Assembly (NCBI GenBank): GCA_028534125.1
Contig: CM052817.1
Coordinates: forward strand, 13,084,001 to 13,148,000
Length of the DNA stretch: 64,000 nt
Source: Lama glama
Lineage: Eukaryota
Reading direction: 5' to 3'
The notes beneath the pieces are model-generated. The model was not told where the DNA came from. It saw nothing but the letters and a program-made list of their open reading frames with translations, and did no database searches. Positions 12,240-25,780 of the stretch are shown in pieces (within the stretch, counting starts at the first letter, position 1; every line of letters starts with the position of its first letter). A program made the translations under genes and the position numbers.

Positions 12240-13100
12240 GCATCTTTATTGAGATACAGTTCACATACCATAAAATTTACCCATGTACAATTCAGTGGCT
12301 TTTGTATATTCACAGAATTGTGCAAGCTGACAAAGTCTAAGTTTAGAACATTTTCATCGTCTCAAAAAGAAACCTCATTCCTGTTAGCAGTCACTCCTCA
12401 CTCCCTACCCCTCTGGCCTCAGGCAACCACTAATCTACTTTCTGTCTCTGTAGATTTGCCTATTCTGTACATTTCATATAAATAGAATAATACAATGTAT
12501 GGTCTTTTTTGACTGGCTCTTTTTCACTTACTATTCTGTTTTCAAGGTCCATCCGTGTTGTAGCATGTATTATTACTTCATTCCTTCTTCTGGCTGAATA
12601 ATATTCCATCATATGGCTATACCACATTTTATATATCTAATCACCAGTTGATGAACATTTCAGTTATTTCCACTTTTTGGCTATTGTGCCAAAAATATGA
12701 ACTGTGCCATATGAGCATTAATGCACAAGTTTTTGTGTGTACTTGTTTTCATTTCTTTGAGGAAGACCCTGAGCTCGGAACATGTGGAGAGCACTCACTT
12801 ACCCCCAAATTAAGTTGAACTGTGCGTGTTTAGGGAATGTAAAGCTCCATGTCGTCAGGTTTCTGTTTGGGAATCTGTTTCTATGACATCTGCTAGTCTT
12901 TGAGAGTTTCCAGGAGCAATCACCTCTGCTTCTTATAACCTTCCTGTGTCCCAGATCTGAGGCTGTAACCTGGACGCTGTCCTCCCATGTGAGGAGTGGA
13001 ATTGCTGGGTCCTGTGGTGATACTATGTTTAACACTTTGAGAAACTTCCAAATTGCTTTCCATTTTATGTTCCTACCATCCATGTATGCAGGTTCCAATT
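12240..13100 (-). mobile_element. L1 (L1MB-like) 3' end, interrupted by a 226-bp foreign insert
   Basis: ctttattgagatacagttcacataccataaaatttaccc...ggcaaccactaatctactttctgtctctgtagatttgcctattctg...ggagtggaattgctgggtc: classic antisense L1M 3' UTR. Confidence 0.9.
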
Positions 13101-14119
13101 CAGAAGAGAAATTTCTTTATTAGCCCCCATTTCTCTTTAGAACACATTTTATCTTGGAGAAGCTCTGAGGTCAATTTAACACATGACTACAACTGTGATG
13201 ATATTTTTATTTTGAAAGTAGTGCATGAACGGCAGCACATTTCATAGAAATGAAAGAAGTTATATGAAATACCCCTTCCTCTGCCTCCTCCTACATACCA
13301 AGCTGTAGTGAGAGTAGAAAATGCCAAGTTGTGTAACCACGAATGTGGTGCCCACAGGGAGCCTGCCGTCCGGTGAAAGAACAAGCATACAGACCGCAGC
13401 GGAACGGCACCAGTACTGAGTTGGAGGGATGCTTGCAGTCTGTGGAAGCATATGTGTGTGATTCATTCTTTCTGTCTCTGTGGGAGCCTTAGAGAAAAGT
13501 AGGTGAGTGTGGCTCCAAAAAGAAAATTGCATGTTCCTGGGGCTGAGGCCGGGAAAGAGCATGCCAGCTACAAGGAAGGAAGACACAGAGCTACAAAAGA
13601 GAGGGAAGCTGAAGGGGAGCAGCAGAAGATGAACCTGGCAAGGCTGGCTTGAGCTACCTAAAGTGCGGCTGCAGGGTGTGGATCTCATCTAATTATCAGG
13701 GGCAGATAATGAGTATGCTCAAGCGGAGCTGTGACAAATTGAAATCTGTAAGCTAGAAAAGTAATTACAATTAGGAGGGTGGATTTGAGGCACTAGGGGC
13801 ATATTGTGTTTTTTTCAATTTTCTGCTGCAGAGTTTTAGCTGTGAGGGCAGAGGGAGTATCTTGTTCAGTCTTGTGTCACCCACAGTTCTAACCACATGT
13901 ATTCCTCACTACTACTCAATACATGTTTATTCACTGAATGAATGTTGCTATTCTTCCCCCACCCTAAATTAAAAAGCACAAATAGATACTTCCAAAAAAC
14001 TTAAAAAGAAAGAAAAGGAAATAAAGAGAACTGAAGATTGAACTAAGGTGATGAAAATGGGTACTATAAATGTATTGGGGGAATATTTGAATGGAGAATT
14101 CAAAGGAAGGAAGAGGAAT

Positions 14120-14625
14120 TGTGCAGACTATTACATTGGTCCCCATGAAGTACACCCTCCAGTACTCATGGCCTTATGGAGTCCCTTTGATTGAATCTGA
14201 GTTTGGCCTCATGACTGGCATTGGTTAGTGAGACATTAGTGAGTGAGATGCAAGCAGAGGTGCGATAAATGTTGGTATATTGGGGATTGTCCTCTTGGAA
14301 TGCTTGCAGTTGAAGTGCACCTTCTTGGAACAGCTACCATGCCATGAGGAAGCCCAGGAAGTGACGTAGGGAAGTCCACGTGGAGTGAAACTGAGATCCC
14401 CAGCCAACATTCACATCTTTGCTCCCAGCCAACCCCAACCACCAAGCCATTTTGCAACTTCTAGCCATCTCAGCGCCACCCTCCTCTGATTTATTTATCA
14501 TATAAAGGAAGCAAACTGCTTGCTCAAAAGAGCAAAACCACAGAATTTTGAGATAATGATTGATTATCATTTTAAGTCACTAAGTTTGAGGGTGCTTTGT
14601 TACATCGCAGTGTATAATTCAAACA
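14120..14625 (+). mobile_element. MaLR solo LTR (MLT1G/H-like) with intact 5-bp TSD
   Basis: Starts TG (14120) and ends CA (14625), flanked by GGAAT at 14115-14119 and 14626-14630. 3' end ttttaagtcactaagtttgagggtgctttgttacatcgcag is typical of MLT1. Confidence 0.88.
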
Positions 14626-16059
14626 GGAATCAAGAATAGCTTTCCTATACTTGGGCTGAATTAGTCGGTGGATTGTGACACCTTTATTTAGCTAAGATCA
14701 GAAATGCGAGAGGAGCAGCCCCTTCCTAGGACACTAGACTGAACTCCTGAAAAGGGGAATGAATCTTTTTACTGCATTTCAGCTCATAAAAGGGACTCAA
14801 AACTGCTGAATGCAGTATCGAAAGAAAGCCATACTTAGATAATGGTGTGACATTTGGTCAGTGTTAGACGGAGAACCTTTCAGGTGGCTTTCCTTTTTGT
14901 TGTTGCTCTAGGTTATCACAGAAGCCTGTGACCTCACATACTGAATGATGACAGGTGTAAACACATACGTGCGTGCACACGTACGTTAAAAAGGAAGGCA
15001 CAGTATTCTTTCAACTGGAACTGGTTAGATCATATCCCCTGGGGAAAAAAATTAAGGTCTGTACCATATGTTAAAAAACTGAAACTAATGAACAAATTTT
15101 AATAACATAGGGTAAGCCAGGCTTATCCATTATGTTACATTTACTCTAACATATACAGAATACCATGCACAGGAAACCTCTAATTACACACACAGCTTAC
15201 ATACCTGGGTTAGGATGTTTGGGGCCCCATCTGAATGAGAGACAAATGATGTGTTTAGGGACAGGTTACTATTTCCTGATGAAAATGTACAGTTTAGAAG
15301 TCCAAAATAAGCTACGATGGATTAAATAAACTATGATAGGACTGCGTAAGTGTGTAAATTTTCAAAGCTCTGATTTCCTCCTACAGAGTTTTGCATAATT
15401 CTTACATCTTCATTGCTATCCAAATGTCATTTGACCCAGAAATAAGTCCTGGAACCTGGGTCATGCTGGAAGAAAAGAAAAATGATAGACTCAGTTAAAT
15501 CAGTAAAAGATGATGAAAGGATTTTTTTTTAAGCTTCTGAAACTTAAAGCAGCAGGGGGCAGTAGAACATTTGAGTAAGGAACCGAGGGAAAGGAGGACT
15601 GGTCAGTGGAGAAGGACATTGACATCTCTCGGGAAGTGTTATTTTAAATTTTTCTTTTAATTTTATACACAAGACTCTTTTTCTTCATTACTCAGATTTT
15701 CTGCTCTCACTATCCTGCAAGCTGGGGTTGAATAGTCAGATCTAGCCCAACATTAAAATTAATAGTAAATGAAACCACTCCTTTAGAAGAAAGAACTTTT
15801 GCTCCTTTCTCAACTAAATCAGTCACTAGAATTCGCTTCTGTGCATGATATGCAATACCAGTTTGTGTTTTAATTCTCTTTTCCTCTTGTGTATAAATTT
15901 GAAAGTTCTAAAAAGTAGGGTAGAGGGACTCAAATTAGGAAGCATGAGAATTGTAAACCAGAGACTGAATTGTGTTTAATTTTTCATTAGGTGTTCAGGG
16001 CTCTTTTCTCTGGAGTTGGAGGTCTTTATCCCACTGCACTTTCTCAGGCTGCTCTTGCA

Positions 16060-16470
16060 CTAGCAAGCCAGATCAAACCAGTCTTTATTTCTAGAGAAAT
16101 CTGTTGCTCTCCTGCCTCTGTGCCTTTGCTTACACTGGACATTTTACCTACATTTCTCGTATGTCCGTGACTCCACTTATAATCAATTCTTCAAACTTAT
16201 TTTAGATTCCAGATTGTTGGTGGTCACTTCCCATGTTCCCCAACCAAAGTAGTTGCACCCCTATTGCATTCTCCCTAGCGGTATCCATGCACTTAGAGTG
16301 CATGATTTTCTACCTTATTTTTTTTTTAAATCATCGTTTGCATAAAACTGGTATTTTCCTCGTGGGATCCTCAACTCCCTCAGTGTAAAAATTCATCTTT
16401 CTGACATGCACACAGCACCTACTGTAGTTTCTTATTCTCGTTACACATCTGAGTAATATTTTTTCAATCC
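16060..16470 (+). mobile_element. L2 LINE fragment
   Basis: ctcctgcctctgtgcctttgcttacactg... L2 3' region. Confidence 0.5.
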
Positions 16471-16554
16471 ACAAATGCACTTTCCCCTGTTAAATCTTAC
16501 CTATATTGCATTCAGGTATTCAAGAAGGTGGGAGGTGAAAGAGCAGGAAACTAA

Positions 16555-16770
16555 CATTTATTAAGTAACTAACATTATTAAATGTGTGCCAGGGACTCGG
16601 ATTGTTTTGTGTGTCAGTTCTCTTCAAATCTTTGTAGCAGCTCTTTGAGATGGGTAACGTGTCCGTGCAGATGAGAACATGGAGCTCACAGGCGGTGACT
16701 TGCCCAAGCTCACACAGATGGTGTGAGCCAGAACCGGGATTTGAGACTTCCCTGTCTCCCCACACAACCT
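16555..16770 (-). mobile_element. MIR SINE
   Basis: aacattattaaatgtgtgccaggg...gcagatgagaacatggagctcacaggcggtgacttgcccaagctcacacag...gagccagaaccgggatttgag. Confidence 0.85.
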
Positions 16771-17349
16771 TCAAAGCCCTCATTGTTTTTACTCCACAGC
16801 AAGCAGTTATTTCTTTTCTCCTACGTGCCACATTACTACTTTATGAACTATTGATTCTACATGGAATAAAATACTATCCCTGTCTTTGAAAGGCTCACAT
16901 TCCAGCAGGAGAGAGATTAAAGTAATTATTATGATTCTGAGGGATCCATGAGTCCATGGCGAGGGGACCCTCAGCTGCCTGGAGAGAGATGCACCTCGCG
17001 AAAAGCTGTAGATCAGATTTGAGAGGCAACAGGGCCCTGGGGGATTCGCAGTTCACCAGGTGGGGAAGGCGGAGAGGCTCCTCGGGCAGAGGAAGGAGTG
17101 TAAGGCCAGGAAATGGGAAGGCAGACTCCAAATATATCACTTCATCAGGTAGGAGTGGACTTTGAAATTTGTGTAAGCGTCCAGACGAGAGCAGAAGGTG
17201 CTGTCATCTCATCACAGGGTGTCTGGGGCCATACAAGGTCCCAACAAGCAACCTGATGCGTCAAATTCCAGGAATGCAGCAGCTTGTAGATTAGATGTGA
17301 TAGAGCAGAGTGAGGTTAGTGGGTTAGATATGAAAGCAGCGGTTTACAC

Positions 17350-17590
17350 GGAATCTGTAAGGTCAGACTGCACATACATGAGGGCAGGCAACGTTGATGA
17401 GGGATCTGTGAGCTTTCGAATCCCAGCTCTGACACTTTTTACCTACGTGGTATTGACCTGCCTTCTTTGTGCCCTGGCCACTGCCCCTGTGAAATGGGGG
17501 CATTAAGTCCCTCAAAGACCAGTGGCAGGGGTTAGAGAACTGATGCAGCCCTGACAGACCGTGGTGGTGTTCAGTGAACACATGCTTGTC
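17350..17590 (+). mobile_element. MIR SINE
   Basis: ttcgaatcccagctctgacactttt...ctgtgaaatgggggcattaag. Confidence 0.65.
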
Positions 17591-18359
17591 TATAGGCTTC
17601 CCTTCTCTGCACATGAGTATACTTATAAAAATGTTGATAAAGCACTAAATTGCTAAGACTATATATTTTTATATGTTGTTATATGAAGTAGGATCAAGAT
17701 TGTAATTATATACATACATGTGTACAGAGGTACATAAATACAAACACATGTATTTGTGTAATATAATGAAATCCTGATGCTATAAAGGGCATGAAAGTTT
17801 GCACACTTCATCTTCTTACCTTTACCAGCATGAAATAAAAATGGTTTCGTCATTCTTCATTGAGTCTTCTTTTGGGGAGTTTTGAGAGTAAGTCTAATTT
17901 TGTGCCATTCCTAAGACATTTTAGGCTTCTAACATCGTTATTAATTCAGGATTATAAATGATGTGATTCTTCTGGTTTATAAACCAGTTTCCTTGGTTTT
18001 TAAATCTGTGCAATTAACAATAGTGCTGTGCTGGTAACTGAAATAATGTTTGCCAAAAGTCCTATTCTAGGTATTTTTAAGTTGAAAGAGTAAATATTCT
18101 GTTTACAATAAAGTTACTCTCAAGTATTTCACAAACAACAATGAAATTTTTTTTTAGTAAGAACTCCAGTTAAAGTATGGAGGACCTCCAGTTAGAATTT
18201 CCCGGGCTAGAAGCTTCTTGACACACTCACATCCCTACTTTCAGTCTCTGCATAACGCAGTGAACCCTCTTCTTGGTTATAACTAATTTATTTTTTTCTT
18301 GATCCTATCTGGTTTATTTTTCACCAATTATTTCCATTTCTTGTATTTTTAGTTCATTG

Positions 18360-19465
18360 CTTTTTATTAGCCCTTTTCCTCTGCCTGCAAATATGATCAA
18401 GATTCCCCTGTCCTTAAAACAACAACAAAAAAAAGGAAGCAAAAAATGAAATCTCTTGTTCAGTGTTTTTCTGCATGTTAAAATCCTACAGCTCTCCTCT
18501 AAGCATCTAGGTATCTTGGTATAATTGTCTATTTGCTACCTAATTTTTCATTAATTCTTTGGTCCACTGTGATAATCTCTGGCCTTTGCTGCACCACCAA
18601 AGCTCCTTTTACTAAAATTACTGGTAATTCTTTGAATCTCCTCTTAACAAAATCAAGTGATCTAGTCTTAGTCTTCATCTGCTGCCTGGGACAGAATCTT
18701 TCACCGTCTTCTCATCATACATCGCTATTTCCTCATATTTCTCTCTCATTCTTTTTTCCCCCTCATTCTGTACATGTTTTCTGGACAAGCTCACCAGTTC
18801 TCCAGTTTTAAACCTCACCACCAACTAGCACCGCTGAAATCTGGATTCACCATCCCAGAACTTCAGATTCGTATCCGAAAATATTTGCTGTCTGTATAAC
18901 TTGGACGAAAAACGATCAACTCAAACTTCACCAGCACAAAAAAGTTCTCTTTCTCTCTCTGAGCTGATCTCCTTCCACCCCCGTCAAGGATGTGTTCGTT
19001 TCCTCTGTTTTCTTCTGCAGCTCCCAGCACTACGTTCCCTGGGTCACTTAGGGCACCAGCCAGGTATCAGCCTCAGACGCTCCTCTCCTCCTCACATCCT
19101 GCGAACCTTAATCCCCGACGATTTTGCCTCCTAAGTATTTCTTGGGTCTTTCTTTTCCTTTCCTATCCTGTTTACCATTGCTTTAGATTATTACATTTGT
19201 CTGAAATGGTCTTGCTGGCTAGAGTCATGCTTCCTTTCCATCAGTGAATTTGCCCCAATTACTGCAGAGTACTTTGTCTCAAAATTGTCTCCCCATGTAA
19301 TTATGCTGAAAGCTCTTTAATGCTGCTTGGACTCATTCTCTGACTTAATTTCAACTTAGCTTTCATTTATAAAATCTTCAAAAGAAAAGAATGTGTTTGT
19401 TATTATCTGTATTCCTAGAACCTGTCACAGGAGAGGTAGTCCATAAATCCTTGTGAACTGAAATC
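18360..19465 (+). mobile_element. L2 LINE (degraded, ~1.1 kb)
   Basis: tctggcctttgctgcaccaccaaagctccttttactaaaattactggtaattc...cccagaacttcagattcgtatcc...ggtagtccataaatccttgtgaactgaa. Confidence 0.7.
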
Positions 19466-22182
19466 AATACTTTATACTAAAATAATTTTGATAGAAATAG
19501 ATGTATAGGAAAATTTGGGAAATTAGAAAACAGTTTTGAAGTTTAAACTCTACATCCCATTTTAAGACTGTGTTGTTATAACAAGATTATCCCTCAGATA
19601 TTTACATTTACAGGTAAATATAACATTAACTTTTAAAACTGTGATGAAATAATGTTGAATATCTTTGTATTGTGCTAGGATGGCAGTGTTACAAATTAAA
19701 AAAGAGGCTGTAATCTTAGGTAGGATTTGGTGCGTTGTAGACAGGCATTCTGACTGTAAGTGAAATACAAGTTAGTATGGAAACCAATCTATAAAATTTA
19801 AAACTTTTTCCTAAATTTTTCTTAAGCTTATGTTACATACCGTTACTGGCAGTGGATAGTACTAGTTTGGCTGGAAGGTTTTCTTTGTTTTGTTTTACTG
19901 TTATAATTAAAATGGACTATTCTTTATAGAATATTCAGTAAATTATACAGAATATTAAGGCTTGATTGATTGCAAAATTAATGTAATTTTGTTTCAAATG
20001 CACTCTATTAAGCCACTAAAAATGTGTATCCCATAAGTTATTTGCTGAATTAGTATTCAGATGAAAACATACTGAGTTTCTCAGGGCTTTTAATACTGGT
20101 TCTACTTCTGTAAGCATTTTAGCTTTCCAATACAAGGAACAAAATTTGAATTGTTTACTGCTGTAAGCCACTGGTTATTTTCAGGCTTAAAGGAATAATA
20201 GTGTTTAGCCACAATGTGGTATTTTCTAAAAGCACGTGAAATATTTCACGAGTAAGATTAGCTAAAGAATTTAGTCTCATTTTATGACCATGACAGTTTA
20301 GGTGTGCAACATGAGAAGTTTGTATTTTCAGAACAGTTTCTCAGAGTGTTATTTTAAAGAAAATGAAACTCTTTCCTATAGGATCAGATATTGGGTTTCC
20401 ACTAAGTGTGTTAAATATCTGGTTTTAAGTTACGGTATGGAAAATTTAGGTTACTCACTTATTTAGGCATTTTAATGTGAACCAAGAAGAGCTTAATAAT
20501 TATAATTATAATTTAATAATTATAATTGAAAACTGTCATACAGATATGATGGTATGATATCATTTAGTGAAATACTAAGAATTTTTATAATTTCTTCTTT
20601 GTCAGAATGTCTTGGGGACTTTTGTTTCTTGACTTTCCCCGTTCCCCCTGCCCCCTAACACAGTTTGCAGTGTGGGCAAGCTGGGTCAGAAGGTTGGAGA
20701 AGGAAGGATGGCTGAGGAGGGGGCAGTTCTGGGGCGGCTGGACCAGGGGCCAGACTGGAACATTCTCTTCTCCTCTGAGGCGATAGGACTTCAGTAGCTT
20801 CTTTTGGTCAAAAATAAACCTAAGGCCTAGAGGAGCAAAGTTTGATGTTTCCTATCGTGATTGGATTTTAGAAATGGCATATTTGATTCCAGTTAAATTC
20901 TTGAAATCTGTAATACAAGTGTCTTTGTTGTTGTGAAGATCTTTTAGGAATACAAGGAAGAAACAGAGAACTGGTATAAAAAACATTCTTTAAACTCCTG
21001 GAAACATCTCCTGGGAAGGAATGTTCCAGTTTTAAATCATTTTAGTGGTTTATTAAATTGACACTCTTTCATGAAAATTAAATGGATGTTATTGTCATAA
21101 AACATCAGAATGGATTTATAAGAGGTTATTTGTTTTATAATACCATATAAGCATTTCTTTTCATAATTAGATCACATTATGAGTTCCTCATCAAACAATG
21201 TATCTCAGTGAAGTACAAATTGTTTTAGATTACCGTTTTAAATTAACATTCTCCCATTTTCATGAGTAACCACCATTCATGGAATGTTATAGAGATTATA
21301 TGCTATGGTTCTAGATAAATTAAAATACATACTAAGGGAAAAAATTCCCAGATATTATTTAGAGTAGAACTTATAATTAATACTTTCATCTCTCTTCAGA
21401 TAACAAATGTACAACAGATTTTCTTTGTTTTAATAACTATCATTCTAATAATTTACATGGGGTTCTGTCTATAAGAAATTGATTATAATTTTTGCTGCTT
21501 GATTTTCAGTAGAGGTGCTATTATTCAGCTGTTTAAAATGTATTGAGTCAACATTCACCCTTAATCTAAACTTTCTGTCTTTTAAGAATGTTCTGTCACA
21601 TAGAAGGTTGACAGAAAAGAAGTCTAACCCTAACCAAAAAATAATACCAAGGTTTTGGATTTCAACAGCAAATTATGTGGCTTTGGGGCTGGAGGGTTTT
21701 CATTCAATCCTACTAGCCAAGTTGAGTCCATGGCAGTGTTGCGTTCTAGCAGCAATGGTATCTGTCAGCCTGAACGCTGACATTGGTAGTTGTTGGTATT
21801 TTAGCTAATAGTTCATTATTTGTGCCATTGCTTTACCTTTATCAAATTCCTAGCTGAGAGATTTGTATTTTGATCTAACTTACAATGAAAACAGACTGTG
21901 CTGAGTCTGAATTAAAAAAAAAAAATCCAACAGTTTTGCCTGAGGAAATTTTTTATCATATTTGCTAACTATAAACACCTAGGTGAACTTGTGACAGCCA
22001 GTCACTAATAATTCCTGGCAATCATTGCAAGAAAAAGCATTTAAAAAATGAAAGAAAAAAATTTACTGATTTGGTTGCATGAATAAGAACATTATAGAGT
22101 TACAGAAAATAGTCTGATCAGTGATAATCATATGTTATGCATTAGAAATTACTAAATTATGTCATTCAACAGCTTGGAGAGA

Positions 22183-22335
22183 TATATGTGTATGTGTGTG
22201 TGTGTATACATATACTTATATACATATATATGCACACACACATACATATATAAAATTTTTTTAATTGTCCCTTTAAAGAACTGGGATTTAATCTGTATAC
22301 TCACACTTCTGTGCACACACAGACACACAGACACA
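22183..22335. repeat. Compound (TG)/(CA)/(TA) low-complexity microsatellite
   Basis: tatatgtgtatgtgtgtgtgtgtatacatatacttatatacatatatatgcacacacacatacatatata; cacacacagacacacagacacac. Confidence 0.8.
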
Positions 22336-22874
22336 CAAGCTTGGTTAATCAAGTTTACATCTTTCTTACTTCAGGTTATTATGAAATTTATTTTGTAGCC
22401 TGAAATGCTGTTATTTGATTTTATTGTTAAGCATATGTCTTTGACAATCTCTGTGTGATTGTGTTAGAATTTGACATGATTAAGAGAGTCTTCCGTTCTG
22501 TAATTCGTACTGGTGCTTCTAGACTAGTTGTAAGATATTGTTCACAAACCATATTGATTTAATCACATTCTCCTGTAGTCTCTTGCCACAATATTTGGCT
22601 TCTTGTAGAAAGTAACCTTCTTACTGCTTTCTGCCTCCTATTTTTCTTTCTTCTTTAATTTATCCACATCACTGCTTAAATGTCTTAGAGATCATATTTT
22701 TACAACTATTTTTAGGGTCTCAAAAATAAATGTTTTATGTATTATGACTGCAAGTGGAATGCTATTCTTGGTTTGTGGGTCTTAGGTTGTTTCTCAGTCC
22801 TGAGGCAATTCAAGTTGAAAATTGAATGATAAGTGTATTTCTGCCAACCCCAGGTCAGATATACATTCTGAGAG

Positions 22875-23090
22875 ACAGGATGACATAGTGGAAAGTGTTG
22901 GCCTCTGGTGTCAGAAAAACCTGAATTTATATTCCAGCTCTCTACTTACCAGTTGTGTTGCCTTGGATGACTTTTCTCAGTCTTGGTTTTCTCATCCTTG
23001 ATACAGAAGTAACGAGATCTGCTTCTCAGGATTAAATGAAATGTTGAGACATGTCAAGGATTAGAAACACTGCATGATGACAGAGTTCAA
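22875..23090 (+). mobile_element. MIR SINE
   Basis: catagtggaaagtgttggcctctggtgtcagaaaaacctgaattt...ccagctctctacttaccagttgtgttgccttgg. Confidence 0.8.
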
Positions 23091-23514
23091 ACAACCTTCA
23101 TTCCCACCTGGAAAACAAATATTTTGCAGCTTTAGAGGTTAATGTGTATATACAGACACATTTATTCCAAAATTTTCTATAAATCAGTAAATGTATAAGT
23201 AGATATTTACTGAGTTCCTACTGTTTGCCAGGCTCTGTTCTTGATTCTTGAGATACATGATTCAACAAAACAAAGACACCTCCCCCTCCCCCATCTTTGT
23301 ACAGTTTAGTAATTTGGAAAGTGAACATTGTAAACTTTCTTTCAATGTCACTAATGTTTGTTTTAAACCAGTCCAGCAATCTGGGCTGTCTGTTTTCTTG
23401 GCTCACACTATATTCATATTCCCATGAAGCAATGGGGAGAAGAAAAAGTAGACCCGGTTAAGGGTTATTTACTTCTCATATAGAAAGAGGTCTTATGAAT
23501 TGATTCAGAAAGAC

Positions 23515-24425
23515 AAATGATATAAGGGAAAGTGAGTAAATGATATTAATAGGTAATTCACAAAGGAAGACCTGCAGATGGCTAATAAATTCATGGAAAG
23601 GTGCCCAAAGTCACCAGCAGCATGGGAAATGCAAAGAAAAGGATATCTGGTATTTTGTATACGACCTTGACAAAAGGGAGAAATATTGATACTCTCTACT
23701 GTTGGTGAAGGTTTGGGGAAAATGAGCAAGTTTCTACATAGATGTAGGGGTTGTAACTTTTTTGGAAAGAGATCTGTATTACCTAGTAAAATTAAAAAAT
23801 AAAAATAAATGTGATCATACCCCTGATTCAGCTGTTTCACTTTTAGTAATCTATCTTGTATAAATAAATGTACAAATATGTAAAACTATATTTTCAACAC
23901 TGTACTACATTACTGTGTGTAACAGCATAAAGCTAAGAAAGAGTACAGCGTCTCTTGATAAAGGGACATTTCAACACAAATGCGCTAATATTTGAAACAT
24001 GTCTTCAAAGCTATTCTTCATCAATGTGAGAACAAAAATCTGGGAAAATTGTGAATCTTTCTTAATAATGGAATAGTTCAGTGAAGTATGGTGAACCCAA
24101 ATGCAGCATTATGTAGATACTAAAAATTATGAATTAGAGCCTTCAGCATTGACCTCAGTAGATGTCCATGATATATTATTAAGTGAGAAAAAGATGCAGG
24201 CTTTTGGACCTATTATGATTCCATTTTTGTTTTACTAATTCTGTATACATGGTTATATCAGATTTGAAGATGTTTTATAAACTGAGAGAAAGATAGGGAA
24301 GAATGTATGTGAAACTGTTACCTCAGCGTGGGGGGTGTTGACGGGAGGGGAAGTCACAGCGCTGGACCTTCTCTCTGATTTGTTTGAGTTAGTACAATTA
24401 TCATGGGTAATGTAGTGATTAAATA
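23515..24425 (+). mobile_element. L1ME-like ORF2 end / 3' UTR fragment
   Basis: aggtaattcacaaaggaagacctgcagatggctaataaattcatggaaagg...gttggtgaaggtttgggg...gatgtccatgatatattattaagtgagaaaaag. Confidence 0.8.
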
Positions 24426-25684
24426 CAAAGTAGAAATACTAGAATTTCAAACTATTAGAAATGGTCTATTTAGAGTTTCATTGGTATATCCTTTATCAGA
24501 GAGGAGGTCACTACAGAATGCATTGTGATACTCTGCATATAGTAGGTGTTCAGTCAATATTTCAATCATTCATTAATTGAAATGTATGGAGAACTCTATA
24601 TTCAAGGATTTTTAACACCTACATATATGTATGTGTGTCTCCCTCTTTCTTTATCTATATGTACATAAAATATTTACTTTTTACGATATACGTCCATGTA
24701 AAAATACTTTGAGAGCTATTGCATGAAAGGTACTTTTGTCTCGAAATGACTTCTCTGCTTTGCATGGACTTCTATTTTCTTGGTGGTGAGAATGAGCCGA
24801 GCAAGGATAGTAACAGAGCCTGCAGTAAAGTCACCTGCCTCCGGCTTCCTCTCAGTCTCCAAAAATGTGAGCTGGGCAAGGCATAGTGAACTTTATGCAT
24901 TCATTCACTCAGTTACTCCAGGGTTTATTGCTTGCTACGCCTTATGGGGGAAACAAAGATTCATTCATGGGTCTTTTGCCTACAAGGAGTTTACAGTTCT
25001 GCGAGTTATAAACATGTCATCAATTCCATGCCACTTAATTTCTTCCTTTTCAGCATTGATTATGGTTTTATTACATACTTATTATCAACTTTTACCCCAA
25101 AATCAACCCCCCTAACCCTTAAATACATAGTATAAGGAGGTGAAGCCAGGCTGTGGTTTTGCTGAGGGACCAGAGAAAATGTTCTTATATAAGTTTATAC
25201 ATGATGTTTTTTATGTATAAAAAACTAAAATAAGATAAAGAAGACAGTTTAGAGGTACTATAAAAATGTCTACCATGGGCATTATACTTATTGGACTAAA
25301 GATTCTAGTTTAACAAGCCTCAGTGACACTCATCTGCTAACAAAAACTTCTGTCTAATAAAACTTCCATTCTTTAAGCCCAGAAGTCTAGTATTCTAGTA
25401 GACATTTATTCCCAGGATTCTCGTTGTGAAAGTGTTGGCTTTTATTATATTTATGTTTTACCTAGTTATCTTAAAATATTTAATTATCAAACTATAAAAT
25501 TAAGTATTTTGTATAATATAAAATAGTTCATACTGTTTTTGTATGTTTATATGTGTGTCTTGAATATTCTCTTGTAATATAACTGCTAGAGTGACTGCCA
25601 TACATACTTTTAGTTATACATTGCTATCCATTGATATATTATGCAATTTTAATTCTTGTGAATATTTTTAGGTAGCATTATTCC

Positions 25685-25780
25685 ACTCTGAGCCTCAGTT
25701 TCTGCAGCTGTAAAATGGGATATCAGTAATGCACTTCTGAATTTGTCATGGAAAATACTACTTACCAAGTACACATAGCC
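25685..25780 (+). mobile_element. MIR core
   Basis: ctctgagcctcagtttctgcagctgtaaaatgggata. Confidence 0.75.

Noticed and set aside
13260..13688. 142-aa ORF on the minus strand
   Set aside because: Overlaps L2-like sequence; composition is not protein-like
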